From positions 34,523 through 98,522 of the IMG/VR virus record IMGVR_UViG_3300037589_000184: a stretch of DNA of 64,000 bases. One strand, 5' to 3'. The DNA comes from a virus (taxonomy: Duplodnaviria > Heunggongvirae > Uroviricota > Caudoviricetes). The notes under the pieces were generated by a model. That model made no database searches. It was not told where the DNA came from and was given only the letters and a program-made list of their open reading frames with translations. Position 1 is the stretch's first letter; every line of letters begins with the position of its first letter. The position numbers were made by a program, and so were the translations under genes. Below are positions 18,585-27,841 of this stretch, one piece after another.

Positions 18585-19724
18585 ATGAACTTTATAGAGG
18601 AATTCAAAAAGGGCCAAGAGGGCCATAATGAGGGACTCCCCATGGGACCCGGACTCTACAGTGTCAGTAAGTCCATCAATGACCTTCAAAGAGGGATGCT
18701 CATAGGTGTGGCCTCTGCCCCAAAAGTGGGAAAGTCCACTTTGGTGGATTCCGGAATGGTCATACATCCATATCTATATGCCCTTGAACATGGTCTTGAG
18801 ATAGAGTTCAACTACTTCTCGTATGAGATAGACAGGGTAAGCAAGGAATTTGATTTTTGTGCCTTCTTCCTCCATTACGATTTCAATATTTCCCACATAA
18901 GGTTGGAAGGGGGCCGAAAATATCTTGGAAAGGATACCATAGAGGTCTCATCCACCTATCTCAGGGGCAGGTTGAAGGATGACAATGGACAGTTGATAGC
19001 TGTAAAGCCGGAGGTAATGGAGGCAGTGAAGACAACCTACACCAGAAGGATAGTGCCGCTGTTCGGGGAATACTCCATGACCGGCAAGATGCTAAAGAAA
19101 GGTGTGATAAACTTCATCGATTTCAGGGAAAATCCCACAGGGGTCAGGAACTGGCTCATTGCCTATGGGGAGAAGAACGGAAAATTCGTCTATGAGCATT
19201 TCAGGGACAAAAATGGCAAGAGTGGAAAAAGGACAGTAGGGTATATTCCCACCAATCCTGAAAAACATGTCATCATAATAATGGACCACCTTAGAAAGCT
19301 GATTCCCGAAAGGGGATTTCTGATGAAACAGACAGTGGACAAAATGGTGGAGTACTTTGTGGAGTTCAGGAACTGGTGTGCATGGACGATCATTGCCATC
19401 ATCCACTTGAACAGGGCCATGACGGATCCTGCAAGGTTGAAGATATATGGTGACATGCTCTACCCCAATGGTGACGATGTCAAGGACACCGGAAACTTTA
19501 GTGAGGAGTGTGACCACCTGTTCACGATGTTCAACCCGAATGACGAGAGGTACAATCTTCAAAAGCATTTTGGAAAGGTCATCAAGGACAGGCACAACAA
19601 TGAACTTTATCCAAACATGAGGACACTGCACCTTGTGGAGAGCAGACATGTCTACTTTCCACAACATTTCAGGGTCAATATGTTCGGGAACATCAAAAAA
19701 TTCGAGAAACTTGATATACAATAG
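18585..19724 (+). CDS. DnaB-like replicative helicase (RecA-fold C-terminal domain type)
   Basis: LQRGMLIGVASAPKVGKST matches the DnaB G.L.I.AARP.MGKT pattern. The Walker B-like region is IIIMDHLRKL, and IAIIHLNRAM resembles the H4 motif SQLNR. Confidence 0.55.
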   Translation: MNFIEEFKKGQEGHNEGLPMGPGLYSVSKSINDLQRGMLIGVASAPKVGKSTLVDSGMVIHPYLYALEHGLEIEFNYFSYEIDRVSKEFDFCAFFLHYDFNISHIRLEGGRKYLGKDTIEVSSTYLRGRLKDDNGQLIAVKPEVMEAVKTTYTRRIVPLFGEYSMTGKMLKKGVINFIDFRENPTGVRNWLIAYGEKNGKFVYEHFRDKNGKSGKRTVGYIPTNPEKHVIIIMDHLRKLIPERGFLMKQTVDKMVEYFVEFRNWCAWTIIAIIHLNRAMTDPARLKIYGDMLYPNGDDVKDTGNFSEECDHLFTMFNPNDERYNLQKHFGKVIKDRHNNELYPNMRTLHLVESRHVYFPQHFRVNMFGNIKKFEKLDIQ

Positions 19725-19935
19725 TTATGCCGGAAAAATTCATAGTGGCAGAGGTCACAAAAAATTGGGTGAGAGCAACCCCCGTGGAAGGGGATCTATT
19801 GAGCCAGAAGTTTGAAAAGGTCATAAATACCAATTTTAAGAGGGGGTATGATCTTATTGAATGGAAGATAACCTCCTTCATAAATGGAGATGTACTGACA
19901 GAAACAATAATAGCAATCTTTAAATTGAGAGAATA

Positions 19936-20283
19936 ATGGCAAAATTATCCATTAGGGAAATTCGGGCTTTAGCTGCTAAAATAAAGAAGGAGCTGAATGA
20001 GGCCATCAACGAACAGAACAAGAAGAATCGGGAAGAGGCCGAGAAAAAATTCTTTACCACTGCCATTGGAAAAAAAGTAAGGGCAGTAAGGGAATTTGAC
20101 AAAAGGCTCATAAGTACTTCCGAGCTTAGCAAACATCTTGATTATAAGCATAACAATACTTATGGAAGTTGGGGCGAATGTCCCATTGAAAGTGAACTCA
20201 TCATAGCACAGATAGACTCCAAGGACGACATCATGTCAAAGGTCGATGAAATCACAAAAAGATTAAAAGCTAAAATCAAATAA
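19936..20283 (+). CDS. hypothetical protein
   Basis: 115-aa ORF, charged and helical. Confidence 0.3.
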   Translation: MAKLSIREIRALAAKIKKELNEAINEQNKKNREEAEKKFFTTAIGKKVRAVREFDKRLISTSELSKHLDYKHNNTYGSWGECPIESELIIAQIDSKDDIMSKVDEITKRLKAKIK

Positions 20284-20284
20284 C

Positions 20285-20998
20285 ATGGCAACAACCTATC
20301 TTATCGTCGGTGAATCCGGCACAGGGAAATCCACATCCCTTGGAAAAGTGGACAGTCTTGGCCTTATAGGTCTCGACCCAAAGGAAACGGCCATCATAAA
20401 TGTGATGGACAAGCCTCTTCCCTTCAAGGGTAGCAAGGCCCAGTATGGTAACCTTATCAGTGCAGGGGGCAACTATGCCGCAGTATCCGATGGTGTCATC
20501 ATATTGAAGATACTTGCCTCCCTAAAGGAGAGACAGGACATCAAGAACATTGTCATTGACGATTTCCAGTACATCATGGCCGAAGAATTCATGGCCAAGG
20601 CACTGAAAAAGGGCTATGACAAGTTCAACGAGATCGGTAAACATGCCTATGATGTGATCACACAGGGCAAGAACCTAAGACCGGACCAGAACTTCATCTG
20701 TCTCACCCACTCCGATTTTGATGACAAGGCAGGCACCTATAAGCTCAAGACCATTGGAAAGATGCTCGATGACAAGGTAAACCTTGCCGGACTCTTCACG
20801 GTGATCCTGTACACACAGGTGGATGCAGTGACCAAGGACGGGGAGACAAAAGTGACGTACAACTTTGTCACCAACAAGTACAGCAACAATGCAGGGATAG
20901 AGATCCCCGCAAAATCCCCGATAGGGATGTTCGATGAGCTATTGATACCGAATGATCTCGGGCTTGTGGTGCAAAAAGCCTCCGAATACTATGGATAA
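20285..20998 (+). CDS. RecA-fold P-loop ATPase (Sak4-like recombination mediator, tentative)
   Basis: N-terminal Walker A GESGTGKST and Walker B IVIDDF. About 237 aa, sitting in a replication and recombination neighbourhood. Confidence 0.4.
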   Translation: MATTYLIVGESGTGKSTSLGKVDSLGLIGLDPKETAIINVMDKPLPFKGSKAQYGNLISAGGNYAAVSDGVIILKILASLKERQDIKNIVIDDFQYIMAEEFMAKALKKGYDKFNEIGKHAYDVITQGKNLRPDQNFICLTHSDFDDKAGTYKLKTIGKMLDDKVNLAGLFTVILYTQVDAVTKDGETKVTYNFVTNKYSNNAGIEIPAKSPIGMFDELLIPNDLGLVVQKASEYYG

Positions 20999-21201
20999 TC
21001 CAATTGAATTCGTTGCAGGACTGCTCATAGGGGCATTTGTAGGCTCCCTTTTCACACTGCTGCTTTGGATAAGGTCCAAGACAATGAAGAGGGACACAGA
21101 GAGTAAACTGTTGGAGGATGAGGCCAAGGAAATTGAACGTGGCCTCACGGACAGGAATTGAGAGTTTTTAATCAAGTTAACTTTATTAAATTTTTATTGA
21201 C

Positions 21202-21483
21202 ATGTCAAACGACAAACAACAGATCAAGGTATCCGATGTACTCAGGATGCTGAACGAGGGAAAGACAAGGGACGACATTGCCCAAGAGTACGGTCTCAGT
21301 AAGGCCGACACAAAGAGACTGTTCCTACATCCTGCATTGAAGGGCAAGAAGACCAAGGTGATAAAGGAACTTCCATTCGAGATAGTGGACGACTCCGAGG
21401 AGATGGCACAGGCCCCCGGGCCAGTTGCAGGTGCCCCTGAACCTGCTTCCGTAGAGGAAGGTGACCACGAGGAAGAAGAGTAG
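21202..21483 (+). CDS. small putative HTH DNA-binding protein
   Basis: DVLRMLNEGKTRDDIAQEYGLSKADTKRLF looks like helix-turn-helix. The C-terminus is acidic. Confidence 0.25.
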   Translation: MSNDKQQIKVSDVLRMLNEGKTRDDIAQEYGLSKADTKRLFLHPALKGKKTKVIKELPFEIVDDSEEMAQAPGPVAGAPEPASVEEGDHEEEE

Positions 21484-21536
21484 ATCAGGCCCTTTCGCAA
21501 AAAAAGCAAAATTAACATTATAATATCACATCTATT

Positions 21537-22289
21537 ATGAGTGAACAAGTATCGAAGATCGGTTTCGGATATGTGGATGACACCGATGAAAAGTTAAAGT
21601 CAAGGTCAGGTGGATCATTTGGTCTCAATCAGGCCCTGTTGACAAAATTTGAGTACAACCCGAATGCCGGTAAGGATGGTACTGCCGCAAATGCCATTGA
21701 CATTGTCTTCCAAGTGGGGGACAGGGAATTCAACAGCCGTATCTATGAGACCACAAAGGTCTATGACAAGAACAGCAACGAAATCACCGATGTCAACAGC
21801 AAGGAGTACATCGATGCCTACAATGCCGACTGGACACAGAAGAATGCAGTGATAGTGCACATATTGAAGGCATTCAGGACAGATGCAGAGGTAAAACAGG
21901 CCTTTTCGGCCCCGATTGCCGATTTTGCATCCTTTGCGAACATTGCCCAGTCCCTGCTGCCGGATGGTTTCAATACCAAGCCGTTGGATGTGTTCCTTGA
22001 GTACCAATGGAGCATTTCCGATGGTCAGGACAGAACCTATCTACAGCTTCCGAGGAACATGAAGGGGGGCTATTTTGTGGTCCCTGCACAGCCCGGAACT
22101 TGGAAAGAGGAAATTGCAGAGGATGGTTCCCTGTCCTATAAGAACGAATCAGGTGCAGAACATCCGTTCAAAAGGGACAAGAACTTCATGGAAGGCCCAA
22201 AGGCCAACCAACAAAAGGAGGGTGAGGAACTGCCTGCCCCCGGATCAGCATCTGGTGGTGCAGGTTCCGCCACTGCAAGTACTTGGTAA
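21537..22289 (+). CDS. hypothetical protein (possible ssDNA-binding protein)
   Basis: 250 aa with a Gly, Ser and Pro-rich flexible C-terminus. It sits between a Sak4-like ATPase and a primase. No definitive motif. Confidence 0.2.
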   Translation: MSEQVSKIGFGYVDDTDEKLKSRSGGSFGLNQALLTKFEYNPNAGKDGTAANAIDIVFQVGDREFNSRIYETTKVYDKNSNEITDVNSKEYIDAYNADWTQKNAVIVHILKAFRTDAEVKQAFSAPIADFASFANIAQSLLPDGFNTKPLDVFLEYQWSISDGQDRTYLQLPRNMKGGYFVVPAQPGTWKEEIAEDGSLSYKNESGAEHPFKRDKNFMEGPKANQQKEGEELPAPGSASGGAGSATASTW

Positions 22290-22310
22290 ACAATATCTTA
22301 GCTTCCCGTT

Positions 22311-23345
22311 ATGAATTTTGGATATAAATCGGACAGACCTGACATAAAAGGTTTCATAGATAGGGAGAACATTCTTGAAATGTTCGACGAAGAGGACATA
22401 TTCTCATTGGTGTTCGGGTTCAGGCCCAGACTCTATGAATATGTCCGATCACCTTTCAGAAGTGATTCCTCACCGGGCTGTTTCTTTACAATATCCCCTT
22501 CGGGACGTTTAAGGTTCGTTGATTTTGCCAATAAGGATGTGGTGTACGGCATCAAGATGTCCAACATGGACTGTTTTGATGCCGTACAGACATTCTTCAA
22601 GTTGCCCAATTTCTACCTTGCCCTCAGGTTCATCGAAAGGAATCTGACGAAAGGGGGCAAAAGGAGAAAAGTGTTGAAGAGAGGCCCCAGACCTGTAAAG
22701 GAGAAGGTCGAAATGTTGTTCCAAGGGAGGAACTTTGTGAGAAAGGATGCAGAGTTCTGGTCCCCCTATGGAATATCAAGGGTCAATCTATTGGAGGACA
22801 ATGTGTTCCCTGTCAGTAGGATACTTATGAGGAACACAAGGAACGGGGATGTGGACACATTGTTGAAAGAGACCTGCTATGCATATACAGGTTTTGAAGA
22901 GAGGATAAAGTTCTATTTTCCCTATAGAAAGGGAAGGGGCAAATTTGTCACCAACTGTACCATGGACGATATAGGGCACCTTGATAGGTTGCCCCCCTAT
23001 GGAAGACAGCTCATCTATACCAAGTCCTATAAGGACAGAAGGGTACTGGTCAACTCCGGCAGATATTCCGTGTGGAACCAGAACGAGGGCATGGAACCCT
23101 CCGATGATGTGCTCTTCCCGATGGTAAAGAGGTTTGACAGTTTTGTGATCCTGTACGACAATGATGCACAGGGTATAAAGGCCTCACTTGCACTTGCCCA
23201 GAGGGTGAATGCACAGTTCCCGCACAGGGCAAGGCCATTGTGGATACCCGAACATCTTCTGTCCAAAGGTCTCAAGGACCCTTCCGATCTTAGAAAACAC
23301 TCCCTTACGGATTATAATGAATTCCTTAAACACTCACTGATATGA
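22311..23345 (+). CDS. DNA primase (TOPRIM domain, DnaG-like)
   Basis: TOPRIM acidic motif VILYDNDAQG. The N-terminal region resembles a degenerate primase zinc finger. Confidence 0.5.
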   Translation: MNFGYKSDRPDIKGFIDRENILEMFDEEDIFSLVFGFRPRLYEYVRSPFRSDSSPGCFFTISPSGRLRFVDFANKDVVYGIKMSNMDCFDAVQTFFKLPNFYLALRFIERNLTKGGKRRKVLKRGPRPVKEKVEMLFQGRNFVRKDAEFWSPYGISRVNLLEDNVFPVSRILMRNTRNGDVDTLLKETCYAYTGFEERIKFYFPYRKGRGKFVTNCTMDDIGHLDRLPPYGRQLIYTKSYKDRRVLVNSGRYSVWNQNEGMEPSDDVLFPMVKRFDSFVILYDNDAQGIKASLALAQRVNAQFPHRARPLWIPEHLLSKGLKDPSDLRKHSLTDYNEFLKHSLI

Positions 23346-24058
23346 GCATCTTGAAGAATATACATCCCTCTTGGCAACCAGTGCTATACAAATTGCACGA
23401 GGCCCCGTTGAGGGAACTCAATACCAAAATACTCCCAAACATATCTTACCAACCAAGGCCGGAACATATCTTCCGTGCTCTTGAACAACCTGTGGATGCC
23501 ATAAAGGTCACCATACTTGGCCAAGACCCATATCCCACACCCGGAAATGCAATAGGACATGCCTTTGCAGTTCCCCAGAATCGGACAAAACCAAAGTCCC
23601 TCCAAATAATAGAGAGGGAAGTACTGAACACCGATCCACTGAATGTGAACAAGGGGAGTGAGATAGATATGAACTCTTGGCCCGATCAAGGTATATTATT
23701 GTTGAACACAGCACTTACTGTAGAGACTGGCAGGGCAGGTTCACACCTGAAATACTGGAAGGAATTCACGGGACACCTAATCAGGTTCCTGAGTGCCACC
23801 AGACCCTGTATATGGCTCCTTTGGGGCAAAAATGCCCAATCCTTTGAACAGATGGTGGCCAATCCAAGGCACCATGTCAAGGGATATAACAGGGAGACCA
23901 TAGAGACCATGCCGATGAATCCTGACTGGAACTATATCCTAAAGGCAAACCATCCGGCAGCAGAGGCCTACGGAAGTGGAGGGTTCTACAATCGTGACCA
24001 TTTTTATTTTGTTAACAGAATCCTTGCCCTACAGGGCAGGGGAACCATTGTTTGGTAA
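23342..24058 (+). CDS. ung: uracil-DNA glycosylase (family 1)
   Basis: ILGQDPYPTPGNAIGHAFAV matches the UDG water-activating loop and the GQDPYH motif. About 238 aa. Confidence 0.85.
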   Translation: MSILKNIHPSWQPVLYKLHEAPLRELNTKILPNISYQPRPEHIFRALEQPVDAIKVTILGQDPYPTPGNAIGHAFAVPQNRTKPKSLQIIEREVLNTDPLNVNKGSEIDMNSWPDQGILLLNTALTVETGRAGSHLKYWKEFTGHLIRFLSATRPCIWLLWGKNAQSFEQMVANPRHHVKGYNRETIETMPMNPDWNYILKANHPAAEAYGSGGFYNRDHFYFVNRILALQGRGTIVW

Positions 24059-24078
24059 ACCATTAATTTTTTAAACTC

Positions 24079-24813
24079 ATGAGTACAAGAACAATTACCG
24101 TTTTTTCCACAAAGGGAAAACAAAAAGCAAAGATTGACACTGACGTAAAAACTTGGGGAGAACTCAAGCCATTGGTAGAAGCGGAAGGTTATGACCTTTC
24201 AAAACTACATGCCACCGAGAATGTGAACCGCCATGACCTCAACCATAAGGATGGGTCATTGCCAGAGGGCAACTTCACATTGTTCCTGAGGCCCAAGAAG
24301 ACGAAGTCCGGACTTGATGTAAAGGGAAAGAGTTTCAAGGAACTTCGTGCCATGGTAAAGGAGCACCAAGATGAGGAGGGCTTCATCGAGCACCTCAACA
24401 AGACAGGTGTGAACTATACCCGGTTGAAGACAGAGGACCTTGCAAAAAGGTTGAAGTCTTGGAAACCAAAGGCAGGTAAGAAAACAGCCAGTGCCCCTAA
24501 ACCTGAAAAGGCCGCTGCAAAGGAGGAGTCCGCAAATGCAATCGAGGCCACTACCAATGCCGACAGAGTGGGACTGATCGAGAACCTTCTTGAGGAGATC
24601 CTTTCCAACAGTTCATCCGAGGATGTCACCGCAAGGGTGGAAATCATCCAAGATGAGGTGGCAGGCCTTAAAGTGGAAATCCAAGAAGAAGAGGACGAGA
24701 ACTCCGAAGAGGCCCAAAGAAGAAGGGAAGAAGAGGAGCAGAGAAAAGCTGACGAAGCCGAGACAGAGGAGCTTGCCAATGAGGCAGACGACTTTATGGA
24801 TGGGTTTGAATAG
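24079..24813 (+). CDS. hypothetical protein with basic N-domain and poly-acidic C-tail
   Basis: C-terminus EEEDENSEEAQRRREEEEQRKADEAETEE. Ends in TAG. Confidence 0.35.
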   Translation: MSTRTITVFSTKGKQKAKIDTDVKTWGELKPLVEAEGYDLSKLHATENVNRHDLNHKDGSLPEGNFTLFLRPKKTKSGLDVKGKSFKELRAMVKEHQDEEGFIEHLNKTGVNYTRLKTEDLAKRLKSWKPKAGKKTASAPKPEKAAAKEESANAIEATTNADRVGLIENLLEEILSNSSSEDVTARVEIIQDEVAGLKVEIQEEEDENSEEAQRRREEEEQRKADEAETEELANEADDFMDGFE

Positions 24814-24837
24814 GCACATTTTTTATGAACAACCAAA

Positions 24838-24866
24838 ATGGGCCACCACTGTATGGCCCATTTTTT
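24838..24866 (+). terminator. rho-independent terminator hairpin
   Basis: ATGGGCCA-CCACTGTA-TGGCCCAT followed by TTTTT. Confidence 0.5.
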
Positions 24867-24880
24867 AATATCGGATTTTT

Positions 24881-26128
24881 ATGAACCTAATTTCCAACAG
24901 TTCCCATCTTGAAGATTTTATGTTTGCTGCAAGATCTATGTCAAGAACAAAGAAAGTGTCTTGGATAACAAGGATGGCCATGCAGAACAGGCTCTGCTAC
25001 AGCAACGGTAAATGGGATGCCTTCTATATGGACAAGTACATAGAGTTCATGGAAAAGCTCGTGGACACCATGGACAGGGTGTTCGGCCAAGAGTGGGACA
25101 TGCATGCACAGTCCTTCATGGCAGAAGGGCCGGACAACTATGAAAGGGAGGACGTATATGAACTGTTCCCCGTGATCCGTTTCAAAAGGGTACTCCTCAA
25201 AAATTCAAAGGGACTTGAGAAACCCTTGAACGATATGTTCATGTCATTCAGGGTGGAGAAGTCACCGGAGGGCCATTTCTATTTAAGATACCCCACAGGG
25301 ACAAGGGCGACCTTCCCAGTGGAGGACATGAACACGGGCTTTGTCCACTCACACCTGAGGTACAGGAGCATCAACCGTTTTTCCGATGCCTTCATGCTAC
25401 AGGGGTTCTGTACCGGCAGTGGGGAGATAAACGATTTTCTTGCACAGATGAGGGGGGAGGACGTGGATTCCGGGTTTTTGGAATTTTTCTTTGTGTTCCT
25501 TGATACCTTCATCTCTTGGGAGAGCCTTGAAGGGACCCCCCATGCCTATATGAGCAAGACCCTGTCCGAATACGACAGGCAACAGGTCAATCCGGGAGAG
25601 GCCATGTGCAGGGAGTGCTATATGGGCCTTCGTGAAAAATTGGCCGAAAATCCCGAACTGTTCTCAAGCCCGGACTTTGTCTTCCACGATGGAAGATATA
25701 TCATAAAGGACAACCCAAAACTCGATATGCTGTTGAGAAGGGTGTCCATGTCCTCGGCCTTTATAAAGAAAAAAGTGCTCTGTAAGCTTTCCCCTGATGG
25801 AAAGTATTACTCCATGAAAAAGGGTTCCGCCTCACGGCAAGATCTCGGAGAGTACAACAGGAGCATGGAGAACAGCTTTGGTGAAAGACCATATTTCCTG
25901 TTACAGGGGGAGAAGGTCCATTACACCATTGTCCAGTCAAGACAGGAAAAGGACGACCCAGAAGAATTCAATGTTCACCCAAAATTCAAAGAATATGTCA
26001 AACAAAGAATGGAAGAGAAGTTATACAGCAGGGCAATTAGATATAGTGAACTTGCAGCCCAACGTCAAGGTAATGATGCCGGATCCAGTGTTGTTGAAGA
26101 TCAAGTACCTGTGCAAGAGCATTCCTGA
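24881..26128 (+). CDS. hypothetical protein
   Basis: 415-aa ORF directly upstream of the JAB and E1 pair. Confidence 0.4.
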   Translation: MNLISNSSHLEDFMFAARSMSRTKKVSWITRMAMQNRLCYSNGKWDAFYMDKYIEFMEKLVDTMDRVFGQEWDMHAQSFMAEGPDNYEREDVYELFPVIRFKRVLLKNSKGLEKPLNDMFMSFRVEKSPEGHFYLRYPTGTRATFPVEDMNTGFVHSHLRYRSINRFSDAFMLQGFCTGSGEINDFLAQMRGEDVDSGFLEFFFVFLDTFISWESLEGTPHAYMSKTLSEYDRQQVNPGEAMCRECYMGLREKLAENPELFSSPDFVFHDGRYIIKDNPKLDMLLRRVSMSSAFIKKKVLCKLSPDGKYYSMKKGSASRQDLGEYNRSMENSFGERPYFLLQGEKVHYTIVQSRQEKDDPEEFNVHPKFKEYVKQRMEEKLYSRAIRYSELAAQRQGNDAGSSVVEDQVPVQEHS

Positions 26129-27182
26129 TGTGGAATGGTCGGGCATACTTTTCTACTCAATAAAGGGCAGTATAAAAAAACCTGCCACCATGCAGATCAT
26201 ATTGGAGGACATCCTCCCAATGGACAAAGGATCAAAGACCTATACCGAATACAACATCGATGAGAGGTATATGGAGTACATCATGGAGGATGAGAGCAGG
26301 ATGGAGTGGAAAATGGGCCATATCCATTCACACAATACCATGAACGTGTACTTCTCGGGCACTGATATGTCCGAACTCAATGACAATGCCCCATCACACA
26401 ATTTCTATCTGTCCCTTATAGTGAACAACTATATGGACTTTACAGCAAAGGTTGCCTTTGTGGGCAGCATGAAGGAGAAAGTGAAAAAGCTCAATTACAT
26501 GGCCCTTGATGAAAATGGCCAAAAATATGTGATAGAGAAAAGGGACTTCACCATTGAGAAGGAAAAACTGTATGTTCTGGGATGTGACATAAGGCACAAT
26601 GCAGAGACCATAACAGTGGGGCAGGACTTTGCCGATAAGGTAAGGGAACTCCTCAAACCAAAAGTGGTGCAGCCCGTACAGACAACACAGCAAAAAAGAA
26701 ACCCGAACACCCCACTCTTACCTGCCCCGAAAACAAACATGAAGGACAGGCCGGGAAGAGGGGATGCCGTAAAGAAGAACGGGAAAAAGAACAAGAGCCT
26801 TGCCGAAATGTTCGATGAATGGGAGGCCGATGTGAACCTGTTCCAAAAGGCAACGGATTCCACACACGAGGGATTCTGTACCAGTGTCCTGAACTTTTCA
26901 CTGGGTGTCCCGGATGAAGTGGGGATAGAGGATATCCTCAGCAGTTACGAGGATCTCAACATGACACCACAGGAACTCGCAAGCAGTGTGATGCACGTGT
27001 ATGTGGCAGTCTATGAAGGATACTATGATGATGTGGACGATACTGAAATGTTCATTGAGAGGACACAGATTTTCTTGGAAAACCTTGAGGAGTGGGAAAG
27101 TGTGTTCCCCATAGTATCGGACACCATAGACGTAGTAAGGGAAATGTTAACCAAATTTGAAGAATATGGAACATCAGTATGA
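26073..27182 (+). CDS. JAB/MPN+ (JAMM) metalloprotease-domain protein
   Basis: HIHSHNTMNVYFSGTD matches HxHx7Sx2D, with an upstream Glu in ILEDILPMDKG. Start is assigned to the internal ATG at 26073, because the track ORF from 25878 overlaps the upstream gene in another frame. Confidence 0.55.
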   Translation: MMPDPVLLKIKYLCKSIPDVEWSGILFYSIKGSIKKPATMQIILEDILPMDKGSKTYTEYNIDERYMEYIMEDESRMEWKMGHIHSHNTMNVYFSGTDMSELNDNAPSHNFYLSLIVNNYMDFTAKVAFVGSMKEKVKKLNYMALDENGQKYVIEKRDFTIEKEKLYVLGCDIRHNAETITVGQDFADKVRELLKPKVVQPVQTTQQKRNPNTPLLPAPKTNMKDRPGRGDAVKKNGKKNKSLAEMFDEWEADVNLFQKATDSTHEGFCTSVLNFSLGVPDEVGIEDILSSYEDLNMTPQELASSVMHVYVAVYEGYYDDVDDTEMFIERTQIFLENLEEWESVFPIVSDTIDVVREMLTKFEEYGTSV

Positions 27183-27840
27183 CAGGTTCAAAGATGCCCC
27201 TTGGTTCCCAAGGAACGAGGAGGCCTGCCTCATAGGAGGAGCAGGTGGAATAGGCAGTTGGCTGACCTTCTTTTTGACAAAAGCGGGCTTCAAGCCCATT
27301 GTATATGATCACGACACCATAGAGGAGCACAACATAGGTGGTCAATTGTTCCGTGTAAAGGACATCGGAAAACCAAAAGTGGAGGCAATATCCTCCATAG
27401 TGAAGGAGTTCTGTGGTGATGACATATCCACTTTTGAGACAAAGGTGGACCTCAATTCCCCCACTCACCATTTCTGTTTCTCGGCATTCGATAACATGAA
27501 GGCCAGAAAGGATCTGTTCGAGGTGTGGAAGAGGTCCATTCCGGGATGTACGGTGATACCCCTGTTCATAGATGGCAGGCTCACCATGGAACAGTTGCAG
27601 ATATTTGCCGTGACCCCGGACAGGGTGGCACAATATGAGGAGCACCTGTTCGATGATTCGGAAGTGGAGGACGAGGCCTGTACATTGAGACAGACCTCAC
27701 ACACCGCTGCAATGATAGCCTCCCACATGACATCCATATTTACGAACCATCTCACCAATGTCTATGAACGTCAGGTATACAGGGACGTACCCTTTTTCTA
27801 TGAGTTCTATGGCCCGGTGAGCCTTACAAACATAGAGTGA
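27157..27840 (+). CDS. ThiF/MoeB/E1-like adenylyltransferase (ubiquitin-activating-enzyme-like Rossmann domain)
   Basis: GAGGIGS nucleotide-binding loop, YDHDTIEEHNIGGQ corresponding to DxDxVExxNLxRQ, DNMKARKDL, and CTLRQTSHTAAMIASHM. It overlaps the JAB gene stop. The likely start is the ATG at 27166. Confidence 0.6.
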   Translation: MKNMEHQYDRFKDAPWFPRNEEACLIGGAGGIGSWLTFFLTKAGFKPIVYDHDTIEEHNIGGQLFRVKDIGKPKVEAISSIVKEFCGDDISTFETKVDLNSPTHHFCFSAFDNMKARKDLFEVWKRSIPGCTVIPLFIDGRLTMEQLQIFAVTPDRVAQYEEHLFDDSEVEDEACTLRQTSHTAAMIASHMTSIFTNHLTNVYERQVYRDVPFFYEFYGPVSLTNIE

Positions 27841-27841
27841 T

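Noticed and set aside
24881-27182. Programmed frameshift joining the 415-aa ORF to the JAB ORF, which overlap by about 250 nt in different frames
   Set aside because: An internal ATG at 26073 gives a conventional short overlap. There is no slippery heptamer at the junction.
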